From positions 14,287,097 to 14,351,096 of the forward strand of contig NC_081373.1 in the NCBI RefSeq assembly GCF_030684315.1: DNA of 64,000 bases. Direction: 5' to 3'. Origin of the DNA: Stegostoma tigrinum (taxonomy: Eukaryota). A program made the position numbers and the translations under genes. Shown piece after piece: positions 50,860 to 63,734 of this stretch (its first letter is position 1; the number at the start of each line of letters is the position of its first letter). The notes below the pieces were generated by a model. It saw only the letters and a list, made by a program, of their open reading frames with translations, did not search any database and was not told where the DNA came from.

Positions 50860-53385
50860 GAAGTGTTAGTGGGGAAGCACTTTGGGACTAATGATCATAA
50901 TTCCAGTAATTTTAAAACAGCTATGGAAAAGGATAGGTCTGACCAATAGGTTAAGAGTTTTAAATTGGGCCAATTTTGATGGTCTCAGACAGGAACTTTC
51001 AAACATTGGCTGGGGGAGGCTTTTGCAGTCAAAGGGACATCTGGTAAGTCAGAAGCTTTCAGAAGTGAATGAATAAGGGTTCAGGGCCAGCATGTTCCTG
51101 TTAGAGTAAAGGATAAAGCTGGTAGGAATAGGAAACTCTGCCTGACTAGCATTATTGAGGCCCTGGTCAAGGGGGGGGAAAAAAAGAGGCGTATGACATG
51201 TATGGGCAGCTGGGATCAAGTGAATTCCTTGAGGAGTATAGAGGGTGTCGCAGTACTCTTAAGAGAGAAATCAGCAGGGTTAAAAAGGGACATGAGTTGA
51301 CTTTGGCAGATAAGGTAAAGAAGAACCCAGAGGGGTTCAACAAGTACCTGAAACAAGGGAGGCAGTAGGGGTCCTTAAAGTTAAACAAGGTCTTCTATGT
51401 GTGGAGCCACAAGAGATGGGTGAGATCCTAAATGAATATTTCTTATCAGTATTTACAGTCGAGAAAGAGATGGATGCTAGAGAACTTGGAGGAATAAGTA
51501 GTGAAGTTTTAAAGACAATCCACATTACAGGAAAGGAAGTGCTAGTGGTCTTAAAACCAATTAATGTAGATACATCGCTGGGACCTGATGAAATGTATAC
51601 CAGTACTTTGTGGGAGGCGAGGAAGGAAATTGCGGGACCTCCAGTGGAGATATTTGTATCATCGACAACACAGGTGAAGTGCCTGAAGATTAGAGTGTGG
51701 CTAATGTTAAGTCATTATTTAAGAACAGCTGCAGGGAAATGCCTGGGAACTACAGACTCGTGGGCCTAATGTCTGTGGTGGTTAAGCTGTTAGAGGGAAT
51801 TCTGAGAGACAAGGACTTATTTAGGATGGTCAGCATGGCTCTGCACGTGGGAAAGCATGCCTCACGAGTGAATTTTTTGAAGAGGTGACTAGGAAGGTAG
51901 ATCAGGGCAGCGCAGTAGACATTGTCTACATGGACGTTGGCAAGGCCTTTGACAAGGTACCGTATGGTGGGTTGTTTAGTAAGGTTAAGTCTCAAGGGAT
52001 CCAGGAAGAGTTGCCCAACTGGATAAAAAAAAGTAGCTTGAGGGTAGAAGACAGAGGGTGGTGGGAGAGGGTTGTTTTTCAAACTGGAGGTCAGTGACCA
52101 GCAACGTGCCATGGGGATTGGTGCTGGGTCCACAGTTATTTGTCATTTATATAAATGGTTTGGAAAAGAACTTAGAAGGTATGATTAGTAAGTTTGCAGA
52201 TGACATAGAGGTTAATGGTGTAGTGGGCAGTGAAGAAGGTTATCTGGGAATACATCGAGATCTTGATCAGCTGAGCCAGTGGGCTGAGGAATGGTTGGAT
52301 GGAGTTTAATTTGGATAAATGCAAGGTGTTGCATTTTGGCAGATCAAGCCAGGTCAGGACTTAAACAGTGAACGGTAGGGCCTTGGGGGAGGTTATAGAA
52401 CAAAGAGATTAGATTAGACAGTGTGGAAACAGACCCTTCGGCCCAACAAGTCCCCACCGCCCCTTGAAGCATCCCACCCAGACCCATTCCCCTATAACTC
52501 ACATACTCCTGAACACTACGGGTAATTTAGCAATGGCCGATCCACCTAGCCTGCACATCTTTGGACTGTGGGAGGAAACCGCAGCACCGAGGAAACCCAC
52601 GCAGACACAGGGAGAATGTGCAAACTCCACACAGACAGTCACCAGGGGCTGGAATCGAACCTGGGTCCCTGGTGCTGTGAGGCTGTAGTGATAACCACTG
52701 AGCCACTATGCCGCCCTGAAGGGGTACAGGTTCATAGCTCCTTGAAAGTGGAGTCACAGGTAGACAGGGTGGTGGAGAAGGCTTTTGGCATATTTCCTTT
52801 CATTGGTCAGAGCAGTGAGTTGCAATGTCTTGTTGCAGCTGTACAAGATGTTAGTAAGGCAATATTTAGAGTACTGCATGCAGTCCTGGTCACCTCCCTA
52901 TACAAAAGATATTATTAAACTAGAAAGAGAGCAGAAAAGATTTACTAGGATGTCACCTGGACTGGAAGTTTTGAGTTATAAGAATAGGCTGAATAAGCTG
53001 GGATGTTTTTTCTCTGGAGCATAGCAGACTGAGGAGTGACATTATAGAGGCATAGATAAGCCAGACAGCCAACTGCTTTTCCCCATGGTAGGGGAGTCTA
53101 AAACTAGAAGGCACAGGTTTAAGGTGAGTGGGAACAGATACAAGTGTCCAAAGGGGCAATATTTTCACACAGTGGGTGGCAGGTGTTTAAAACGGATTGC
53201 CAAAGAAAGTGGTGCAAGAGAGTACAATTTTGTCATTTAAGAAACAGTTGGACAGGTACACGGATGGTTACATATGGGATATTGACCAAATGCAGGCAAA
53301 TGGGACTAGACTAATTATGAAAACTGGGTGTCATGAATAGATCGAACCGAAGGGCCTGTTTTTATGTTATAAACCTCTATGACTT
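50860..53385 (+). mobile_element. Decayed CR1 ORF2 in POLL intron 1
   Basis: YMDVGKAFDKVPYG, VPWGLVLGPQLF, KFADD, LEYCMQSWSP across frameshifts. Confidence 0.9.
52408..52716 (-). mobile_element. HE1-like (V-SINE) tRNA-derived SINE
   Basis: A box TGGCTCAGTGG, B box GGTTCGATTCC, core GGTTTCCTCCCACAGTCCAAAGATGTGCAGG, (CTAAT)n tail. Confidence 0.9.
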
Positions 53386-54329
53386 TAACACATAGAGCTT
53401 TGTGCTTTGAGGCGGCTTAAAACTCAGCTACAGACCCAAAACCAATTTAATTACAAGGGAATATGGAAAAGTGCTGTTCTAACTCCCCAAGGGAATCAAG
53501 ATTAGAAGACCACAGTGACATTAGTGTCCGTTGGTATCCGGCTCTTATATGACTTGACCCTGCTGCCAGTGGGAACAGCTTTTCCCTATCTACTTGTCTA
53601 TCTTAGTGTCATTGGCAATTTTGGCTACAAGCATTCATTCTCCAGGGGTTGGTAAACACAGATGGCTAAATAATTATATGTGGTGTAGAATAAAGTCAAC
53701 AGTGTGGGTTCAATCTTCATATCAGCTATGGTAGATCTTGGAGACGTGCCTCTTCACTTTATACCACATTGTAGAAGGATACCCTCAAAGCTATATATAA
53801 CCAAATATCCCTCCGTCTCTGTGTCTAATATAGGGAGTAGGCCTATATTCCCTTGCATACTGTAACTTCTTACATTATATGTGGTTCACACATTCAAATC
53901 AAGGTTGAGAAATTTTTAATCAATAACATAACTAAAGATATGGGCGTAGGATCACTGGGCATAATATCAGTGTAAGGGGCTGCACATTTAAAGCAGAGAT
54001 GAAGAATTACTTCCCGAGGGTAATGAATCTGGAATTCTTTACCTCTAAAGCTTGTGGAAGCTGAATCATTAAGTATATTCAAGACAGAGATAAATAATAG
54101 ATTTTTAATCAATAAGGGAATTAAGGATTATAAGGGTAAAGGCAGGATAATGGAATTAAGAATAATCGCAACTGCCACCATCTCAGTGAATTTCAGAAAA
54201 GATGGGCTGATTGGCTCACCCCTGCATCTTACAGTTATTTAAACTACTTCAAATTGGTATTAAACCAAGTAATGGGCCCTTTGACGAAGAATTAACAAAA
54301 CATTGTAGGATGGAGGGAAGATAGATACC

Positions 54330-54460
54330 ACCAGGAACTGCGGATACTGCAAGTTTAAAACAAAAAAAACAAGAAATTGCTGGAGGAACGCAGCAGGTCT
54401 GACAAACCTCTGGACAGGAAACAAAGTTAACCCTTCGGGTCCAGGGACCCTTCCTCAGAC
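54330..54460 (-). mobile_element. PLE family B terminal fragment just inside POLL intron 1
   Basis: gaaattgctggagg...gggtccagggacccttcctcag (degenerate hammerhead core on -). Confidence 0.7.
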
Positions 54461-54542
54461 ACGAAGGATTTCAGTCTTTAATGCGAGGTTAATAACAAAA
54501 ACTTTCCATTTTTCAAAAAAAACCGTAGTTAAACCTACTCAC

Positions 54543-54600
54543 CCCAGTCCGGAAATGGAAATTATATAGACCGGTCATTTCCGGCTTGGTGTTAATTTTT
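54543..54600 (-). other. POLL: Probable non-coding exon 1 of POLL (5' end undefined)
   Basis: Strong minus-strand donor GGG|gtgagt (actcac at 54537-54542) inside the CpG-richer promoter segment. Confidence 0.6.
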
Positions 54601-54795
54601 TAAAAAATTAAAAATAAATTAATATTTGTATTTGTCGCCTGCAGAAAGAAAGCAATTAAAAAAAAGAAAGCGAGAGGTAATTGGATTCCGCCGAATATTT
54701 TTTTAATTGAAATCAGTGCAGCTGCGGCTTTGGTGGGGATAGTGGTTGGTGATCGCGTCACCATGGAAACTGCAACGGTGCAGCAAGATGGCGGC
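54543..54795. promoter_or_regulatory. Bidirectional POLL/DPCD promoter
   Basis: Head-to-head genes; local CpG enrichment; CCGGAAAT 54549-54556 and ATTTCCGG 54577-54584 (ETS-like); X-box GTCACCATGGAAAC 54757-54770; YY1 CAAGATGGCGGC 54784-54795. Confidence 0.8.
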
Positions 54796-54851
54796 GCAGA
54801 GTTGGCTCGAGAGTCTGAGGGCGGCGAGAAAAACGGCGGTGGTTCAGGACG
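54788..54851 (+). CDS. DPCD: DPCD exon 1
   Basis: MAAQSWLESLRAARKTAVVQD G|gtgagg, resembling human [22 protein letters not shown]. Confidence 0.95.
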
Positions 54852-55099
54852 GTGAGGGGGATGGAGGAGGGAGAGCGGTGATACTGAAGAGTGAGAACAG
54901 CAGGAGGGTATTGGGATGGGGGCGAGAGGGGATGGAGGTTGAAGGACAAGGGAAACAGTAGTATTATAGAACGGGTAAAAAAACAGCAGCGGGGCAGGAG
55001 GGTGAGAAAGGTTTCGGGGCAGGGAGGTGACAAAAACAGCAGTGTTGCACGAGAGGGATGCCTGGGGCACCTGAGAAGAAAGCAACAGACCATGGATCC

Positions 55100-56330
55100 G
55101 AGATAATAAAATGTGAGGCTGGATGAACACAGCAGGCCAAGCAGCATCTCAGGAGCACAAAAGCTGACGTTTCGGGCCTAGACCCTTCATCAGAAAAGGG
55201 GGGTGGGGAGAGGGAACTGGGATAAATAGGGAGAGAGAGGGAGGCGGATCGAAGATAGATAGAGGAGAAGATAGGTGGAGAGGAGAGTATGTTGGGAGGT
55301 AGGGAGGGGATAGGTCAGTAGGACGGACGGACAGGTCAAGGGGGTGGGATGAGGTTAGTAGGTAGGAGATGGAGGTGCGGCTTGGGGTGGGAGGAGGGGA
55401 TAGGTGAGAGGATGAACAGGTTAGGCAGGCGGGGACGAGTTGGGCTGGTTTTGGGATGCAGTGGGGGGAGGGGAGATTTTGAAGCTGGTGAAATCCACAT
55501 TGATACCGTTGTGCTGCAGGGTTCCCAAGCGGAATATGAGTTGCTGTTCCTGCAACCTTCAGGTGGCATCATCGTGGCACTGCAGGAGGCCTAGGATGGC
55601 CATGTCGTCTAAGGAATAGGAGGGTGAGTTGAAATGGTTCGCAACTGGGAGGTGCAGTTGTTTACTGTGGACCGAGCATAGGTGTTCTGCAAAGCGGTCC
55701 CCAAACTTTATAGAACACCTACGCTCGGTCTGCAGTAAACGAGTGCACCTCCCAGTTGCGAACTATTTTTACTCCCCCTCCCATTCCTTATACGACATGG
55801 CCATCCTGGGCCTCCTGCAGTGCCACAATGATGCCACCGGTAGGTTGCAGGAACAGGAACTCATATTGCGCTTGGGAACCCTGATACCATTGGGCTGCAA
55901 TGTGGATTTCACCAGCTTCAAAATCTCCCCTTCCCCCCACTGCATCCCAAAACCAGCCCAGCTCGTCCCCGCCTCCCTAACCTTTTCTTCCTCCCAACCA
56001 CCTCCTCCTCCCCCCTCAAGCCGCACCTCCATTACCTACCTACTAACCTCATCCTGCCCCTTTGACCTGTCCGTCCTCCCCGAACTGACCTATCCCCTCC
56101 CCACCTATACTCTCCTCTCCACCTATCTTCTCGTCAATCCATCTTTGGTTCACCTTCCCCTCTGTCCCTATTTATTTCAGAATCCGCTCCCCATCCCGCT
56201 TTTCTGATGAAGGGTCTAGGCTCGAAACATCAGCTTTTGTGCTCCTGAGATGCTGCTTGGCCTGCTGTGTTCATCCAGCTCCACACTTTGTTGTCTCAGA
56301 TTCTCCAGCATCTGCAGTTCCCATTATCTT
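55100..56330. mobile_element. About 1.2 kb fold-back PLE family A structure in DPCD intron 1
   Basis: 55100-55700 inverted against ~55715-56300; GIY-YIG C-terminal remnants; hammerhead cores at 55166-55193 (-) and 56204-56231 (+). Confidence 0.9.
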
Positions 56331-56369
56331 TGTTAAGTTGAGGTGTTCAAGATGATTATCAGAATAAAA

Positions 56370-57750
56370 GTACCCATCCAGATGCCTTTTTAAACGTTGT
56401 AATTGTACCCACCTCTGCCACTTTATCTGGCAGCTCATTTCATAAACACACTACCATTTGTGTGAAAAAGCTGCCCCTGAGGTCCTTTTTAAATCTTTCC
56501 CCTCTCATCGTAAACTTAAACCCCCCACAGAAAAGACCTTGACTATTCACCCTATCCATGCTGCTTATGATTTTATAAACCTGTTTAAAGTGTTACCTCT
56601 GCATCCGACGCTCCAGGGAAAATCGCCCCAGCCTATTTGGCCTTTCCCTATGCTTAAAACCCTCCAACCCTGGCAACATGCTTGAAAATCTTCTCTGAAC
56701 TCTTTTAAGTTTCACAACTTCCTTCGTATTGTCAGAGTGACCAGAATTCCAAAAGTGGCCTAACCAATGTCCTGTACAGCTGCAACATGGCCTCCTAACA
56801 CCTATACTCAGTGCGCTGACCAATGAAGGGAAACATACCAAATGCATTCTTCACTATCCTGTCTACCTGTGACTCCACTTTTAAGGAACAATGAACCTGT
56901 ACTCCAAGGTCTCTTTGTTCAGTAACACTCCCCAGGCCCTTACCAATAAGCGTTTAAGTCCTGCACTGATTTGCCTCTCCATAAATGGAACACCTTGCAT
57001 TTAGCTAAATTAAACTCCATCTGCCACTTGGCTATTTGATCAAGATCCCGTTGTACTCTTCACTATTGACTACGCCTCTAATTTTGGTGTCATCAGCAAA
57101 CTTACTAACCATACTTCCTATGTTTACATCCAAACAATTTATATAAATGACGAAAAGCAGTGACCCCAGCACCGATCTTTTTGGCACGCCACTGATCACA
57201 GACCTCCAATCTGAAAAGCAACCCTCCACCACTACCCTCTGTCTTCACCTTTAAGCCAGCTCTGTATCCAAATGGCTAGTACTCCCTGTACTGCATGTGA
57301 TCCAACCTTGCTAACTAGTCTACCATGAGGAACCTTGTCGAGTGCCTTACTGAAGTCTGTGTAGATCATATCCACCGCTCTGCCTTCATCAATCCTCATC
57401 ATTACTTCTTCAAACTCAATCAAGTTAGTGAAACATGACTTCCCATACACAAAATCATGTTGACTATCTCTAATTAGTCAGGATTCCCTCCAACAACTTG
57501 CCCACCACTGATGTCAGGCTTACCACTCTATAGTTCCCTGATTTTTCCTAATACCATTCCCAAATAGTGGCACCACATTATCCAACCTCCAGTCTTCCGG
57601 CACCTCACCTGTGGCTATCGATGATACAAATATCTCACTAAGGGGCCCAGCTATCGCTTCCCTAACTTCCCACGCAGTTCTAGGGTATACCTGATCAGGT
57701 CTCAGGGATTTATCCACCTCTATGCGTTTTAAGATATCTAGTACCTCTAG
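56370..57750 (-). mobile_element. Decayed CR1 ORF2
   Basis: YTDFSKALDKVPHGRL, GVPKRSVLGSLLF, KFADDTK. Confidence 0.9.
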
Positions 57751-58244
57751 AAGGGTTTAGAGGAATATGGGCCAAATGCTGCCACATGGGACTAGATTTA
57801 TCTGGGATATCTAGTCGGCATGGACAAGCTGGACCAAAGGGTCCATTTTTGTGCTGTATGTCTCTGTGACTCCAAAATTTGCAAGGGTATGGGGAAAATG
57901 CAGGAATTTGGCACTAGATAATACTCACTTTAAGATCTGGTGCAGGCGTGATGAGCTGAATGACGTCTGTCTTTGCCATAAGACATCTGTGAAGGAGAGG
58001 AGTGTGTGCTGTGGGTGAATAGAATATGGTACAAACTCTGCCGGAAATGCAGTGCTGCAATGTAACGGAGAGGAGAGAGTGCAAAAAGTACTTAAACTAA
58101 GTTTGCTGGAGGTTGGGAGAGCTTGAATGTTAGGTCTCAGACTAACTCCATATGGATCAAGATTTAAAATGTAGATCTGGTTTAGTGCAAAACTTATGTA
58201 ATTTGTAGCCTTTTTGGATTAATTGTAACTGACTCATTATATAG

Positions 58245-58442
<198 letters not shown>

Positions 58443-58739
58443 TGAAAGCAATTTTATACATGCGCTTTCAGAAATCCTGTCCTTGGTGTTACTTTCAAGG
58501 GTAAAGCTGCGATAATTTGGACATCCTCAGCTGCTCCAAACCTGTATTGATGAACCTTGTCTTCACTGGTGTCCTTGTAGTAATGATCTTTCCACAATAG
58601 TCACTAAACAAACAAAAAACTCAAAGAAGTACTGATTTTGGAAATCAGAAAGCAAAACAGAAATTGCTGGAAAAACTTAGCAGGTCTAGCAGTATCTGTA
58701 GGAAGAAAACAAAGTGAATGTTTCAGGTAAGTGACTGTT

Positions 58740-59511
58740 GAGGTTGGTTGGCTCGCTGAGCTGGTTTATTGTGCTGCAGCCGTTTCGTTACCGTGCTTGG
58801 TAACATCCTTGGTGCAGCCTCTGATGAAGCGTCGGTGTTTTTTCCTACCTGACTTTTAAACTCGAGGGTCTGTTGTGATGGATTGCCTCACTTCCGGGTT
58901 TCCTTCGTAGTGAAATGTATATGGGGTTGAGTTCAATGTGTTTTTTAATAGCCTGCTTCGTGGAGTGCCGTGCTTCCAGGAATTCTCGTGCTTTTCTCTG
59001 CCTAGCCTGCCCCAGGATCTTGGTGTTGTCCCAGTTGAAGTCATGGCTCTCCTTGTCCTTGTGGATTGAGATGAGTGAGTATTGGTTGTGACTTTTTGTA
59101 GCTACAAAAAAGATACGACCAGTACATAGTCGTCTCAATCCACATGGACAAGGAGAACCACGACTTTGACTGAGACAACACCAAGAATCCTGGGACAGGC
59201 TAGGCAGAGACAAGCACGAGAATTCCTGGAAGCACGGCACTCCACGAAGCAGGCTATTAAAAAACACATGGAGTTCGACCCCATATACATTCAGCAACGG
59301 AAGAAACCCAGAAGTGAGGCAATCCGTCGCAACGGATCCCAGAGTTTAAAAGTCAGGTAGGAAAACACAGCAATGCTTCATCAGAGGCTACACTGAGGAT
59401 GTTACCAAGCACGGTAACAAGACGTCTGCGGAACAATAAACCAGCTTGGCGAGCCAACCAACCAACCTCAACACCCACAACCCGAGCTACAGATCTACTC
59501 CAAAACCTTGG
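58740..59511. mobile_element. Fold-back Poseidon-type PLE (family D) nested in the centre of a family B mini-palindrome (58640-58739 and 59512-59620)
   Basis: Arms ~58737-59075 and ~59130-59472; GIY-YIG C-terminal peptide HDFNWDNTKILGQARQRKAREFLEARHS; flanks AGGT(A/T)AGTGACTGTT at 58725-58739 and 59512-59526. Confidence 0.9.
59387..59432 (+). ncRNA. Minimal hammerhead motif, degenerate (mirror copy 58773-58818 on -)
   Basis: Consensus of the two arms: GCTGCA-CTGAGGA-T-GTTACC(aagcac)GGTAAC-GAAAC-GTC-TGCAGC. Confidence 0.7.
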
Positions 59512-60075
59512 AGGTTAGTGACTGTTCTGAAGAAGGGTCTCTGACCCAAACTACTAACTCTGCTTTTTCTCCACAGATGCTGCTAAATCTGAATGTTTCC
59601 AGCAATTTCCGTTTTTGTTTCCTCAATGGTGTTTGGCAGACGATTCTCATCCAGTGACAAAGAAATAGCGATAAATGTTTGGGTTAGGATGGAAGGGAAC
59701 TTGGTGGTGATAGTCCTTCTGCAATACTTCTGTTGATGTGACAGCTAATGGGGATTGCAGTGATGTTGAAGTTAGTTTGGTGAGTTGTTGCAGTGCAGAC
59801 TGTAGGTTGTACGCATTATGCGAGGCAAGCATTGAGAATCCAGTTCACTTCACACTTACAGATGGGGGAGCAGCTTTGAAGGAGTCAAAAGGAGTTGCAA
59901 GGTGTCTTGAGCTCATATATCTGATCCTGTTCAGCCTCTAGCCTCTGACAGACTCAACATGTTGGATTGGGTGTGTGGGTTCATTAGTGATGAGACCATT
60001 GAAAGTCAAAGGGACATATCTGGGATTTCACCTGTTGAAGGTGATTATTATGTGACATTTCTGTCACACAAGTTG

Positions 60076-60392
60076 GGGTGGCATGGTGGCTCAGTGGTTA
60101 GCACTGCAGCCTCACAGCGTCAGCAACTCGGGTTCGATTCCATCCTCGGGCGAGTGTCTGTGCAGAGTTTGCACGTTCTCCACCTGTCTGCGTGGATTTC
60201 CTCTGGGTGCTCCGGTTTCCTCCCACAGTCCAAAGATGTGCAGGCTAGATGAATTGGCCATGCTAAATTGCATGTAGTGTTCAGGGGTATGTGGGTTATA
60301 GGGGGATGGGTCTGGGTGGGATGCTGCAAGGGGCGGTGTGGACCTGTGGGCTGCAGGACCTGTTCCCACACTGTAGGGAATCTAATCTAATC
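60076..60392 (+). mobile_element. HE1-like (V-SINE) tRNA-derived SINE
   Basis: A and B boxes, V-SINE core, (AATCT)n tail; homologous to 52408-52716. Confidence 0.9.
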
Positions 60393-61441
60393 AAATGTGA
60401 CCTGCACTTTTCTGCCCATGTCTGAATGTTACCCAGGTCATGCTGCAGGCCATAGCCGACTTTGTCATTATCAGAAAAGTTGTGTATGTAGTAGGAAGTA
60501 AATTAATTAAAACATTTAAGATGGACTGAAGATCCTTATTCTGATAGTAATATTCTGAGTCCAAGATCGGCCTCTAACAATCATGATTATCTTCCTTCAA
60601 CCATTGCAGTGTGCCTTGGACACCAGTTTATTTTTGTGAAATCATTTTTGGTTAAACAGTGCCTTAATGTCGAAAAAAGTTACTCATCCTATGGCATAAT
60701 ATTTTTTATATTAGCTTGTAGAAAACTGGTCTGCCTTTGTAAACCTTCACTGGTGTAAATTTGACTGAACTCTGTTATATATTTTTGTGGGATCTTTTGT
60801 CTGTTTCCATCCAACCCATGTTTCAACTGCATAGTATGAATGTAGCTTGAATAAATTGCTCTTAAAGACCTGAATCTGCTAGCAGGACAAATGTAGAAAT
60901 GTTTCAGGGTACATCTTCAGGTGACACAGTGAGCTGTCTTGAATATATGTCACTTCTTTCTTACTGTGTCAATACATTGGAACACCATATCCCATTATGG
61001 GTGCATCATCGCATTGTAACTGCATCAATTCAAAGCTACGCACCACTTTCTTGTTATGAACTGTGTATACAATCAACCCTGATGGTTATATCTAGCGAAC
61101 ATATTTCTTAAAAAGAATGGTTTATGTCATTCATGTGTGACTCTTTGACAGCATTTGATAAATATTTTAAAAACACATTAAATGGTTATGGTTAGGTTGC
61201 CATATGTCTCCATATTTACAGTTGCACTCCACTTTGATTCCAGAGCAGATTCACCTTTTCTGAATAGCTATCTTAAAAGTATGAGTGATGGAATTACCAG
61301 TAATGAAGCGTACTTTTGTGCAGCTATAGCTGATGAATACAGGGTATTTTTTTGCAGGTCATTTGGTTTCCTTATAATGTTACATGTAACATTATATTTG
61401 GTTTACATATTTATCATATTGTTACTTTTTGATGCTCACAG

Positions 61442-61566
61442 TCAGAAAGTGGAGGCGGCAGAGTCAATTGGGATCCCAGGGACAATGGCAGGTTGAGGTT
61501 GGGGAAACATCATCTGGAACATTCGGAAGCTTAGAACAGCAGCTGATACAGGAGAATAGCAGCAAT
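61442..61566 (+). CDS. DPCD: DPCD exon 3
   Basis: cacag|TC AGA...AAT|gtaagt; VRKWRRQSQLGSQGQWQVEVGETSSGTFGSLEQQLIQENSSN. Confidence 0.95.
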
Positions 61567-61689
61567 GTAAGTGGATTTAATTCTCTGAAGTAGGTATGTG
61601 AACTTTAATGATGTAAGAGTGTACATTCCTTCTTGTATTTAAAAAATGCTATTTACCTGTCTCCCAACATGATAAATATATTGTCGTGA

Positions 61690-61875
<186 letters not shown>

Positions 61876-62423
61876 TAATTCTGTTTCTCAGTTCTGAGTT
61901 AAATGTTCTATGCGGGGCTATTTCTCTTTCTTGAGAAACCTGTGTACCAGTTGTGAGATTACATTATTTTTATTTTGATTTTCCAACGTTTGTTTTTTTT
62001 TTCTCCTTGTTTTCACATAAAGGATTTCTTTTGTCAGTTGCTGTCCTTTCACGAGCCTTTCTTCGGCAGTGCTAATTCTGATAGAGTATGAGTTCCATGA
62101 CTGCAGTCTGTTTCCATGACCTCATCCATAACCCATTCTTCATGAGTGAATCCATGGATTTGCTTTTGGACTCCAAAGCTGTTTTGTACTGATGGAGTGC
62201 CAGAGGGATTAATGTAGCCACATGAAGCAAGAGAAATGTTTCATTTATTTTTGATTGAGGAGAGACTGAGCATATATTTGGTGGAGTTTGTTAGAAAAGA
62301 GGTGGGATCTTATTAAAATGTATAAGACTGTGAGGAAGTTTAGATGCTGAGATGTTTCATGTGGAAATCTGAAATCAGGCTCAGTTCCAAAATAACTGGC
62401 CTCTCATATAAGACCGGGGCAGG

Positions 62424-62593
62424 TGGGATCCCAGGGACAATGGCAGGTTGAGGTTGGGGAAACATTATCTGGAAAATTCGGAAGCCTGGAGCAACAGCTG
62501 ATACAGGAGAAAAGCAGCAATGTAAGTGGATTTAAACAACGAGCATAAATGATGTGCCCAAATTCTCTGAATTAGGTATGTGAACCTCAATGA
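62424..62593 (+). pseudogene. Partial genomic duplicate of DPCD exon 3 plus start of intron 3, located in intron 4
   Basis: Aligns to 61469-61612 with 7 substitutions over 98 exon bp; donor gtaagt retained; ~27 bp extra in the intronic part. Confidence 0.93.
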
Positions 62594-63266
62594 TATTCTG
62601 GTCGGTAGGGCTATGCCACAAGACCCTTATAACCAAGGTTTCAATTCCACATTTGTTAATAAATTGAATTTAAATTCCACTAGTTGCCATTGTCGGATTT
62701 TAAACTATTCCCAGAATGTTAGTTTGAACACACCAGTGAGGATGTCACAATGCTATCATTTCCCAATAATCTCCTACTTAATCGTTGCATCTTTCAACAA
62801 CTCCCTTAATATTGATTCCTTTGGTTCCCTTTTTAAAAAGATACTTTTGTGAAATAATTTGTTTGTGGGTTCATGGCTTACTCCAGAGTGCTGAATACAA
62901 GTGAGTATGAATCTTCTGTGCAGTTGTGGAAGGGTCTGCTGTCAAACCAAGACTGTATCTGCTCCTGATTAGATTTCAGAATTTCCAGTGCTCTATTTGA
63001 AGAGTTTCCAGGAGTTACACCGGTGTCCTGTTGAATATTGATCATCAGAAAGATTTTATGCATATTATCTTATTAATGCTCAAGAACTTGCTATGTATAA
63101 ATTAGTGGCTAAATTTCTTATTAGTGACTACACTTCAAGAATAGTTCATTAACTGAGGTACTTTGGAGACATCCTAAGCACATGAAAAGTGTAAATTACA
63201 CTAGTTTCTGTATTTATTTGTATGGCTAAAGCTTTTGTTACGAACAAAGTATAGGACTGAAACTGA

Positions 63267-63506
<240 letters not shown>

Positions 63507-63734
63507 TGAACTTCTGCAGTGCTTGGAATGTAGTTATACCCATGGTGCTGTGAGGTAGTTTCAGGAATGACCCAGCAACAGTGAAGGAACCACAATATAT
63601 TTGAAAGTCAGGATGGTGCATGGCTTGGAGAGGAACGTGAAGTGGCTTTGAAGAAACTATGGCGATTTGATGCAGTTGATAGTTAAGTAAGGGAAACATT
63701 TTCCTCCCAGAAGACACGTGGGTTTTTTAAGTCC

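Noticed and set aside
54600-55147. Minus-strand ORFs of 129-176 aa across the promoter
   Set aside because: GC-rich antisense frames over DPCD exon 1 and a repeat; no homology recognised.
60076-60150. tRNA gene
   Set aside because: The A and B boxes belong to a SINE head, followed by SINE core and tail.
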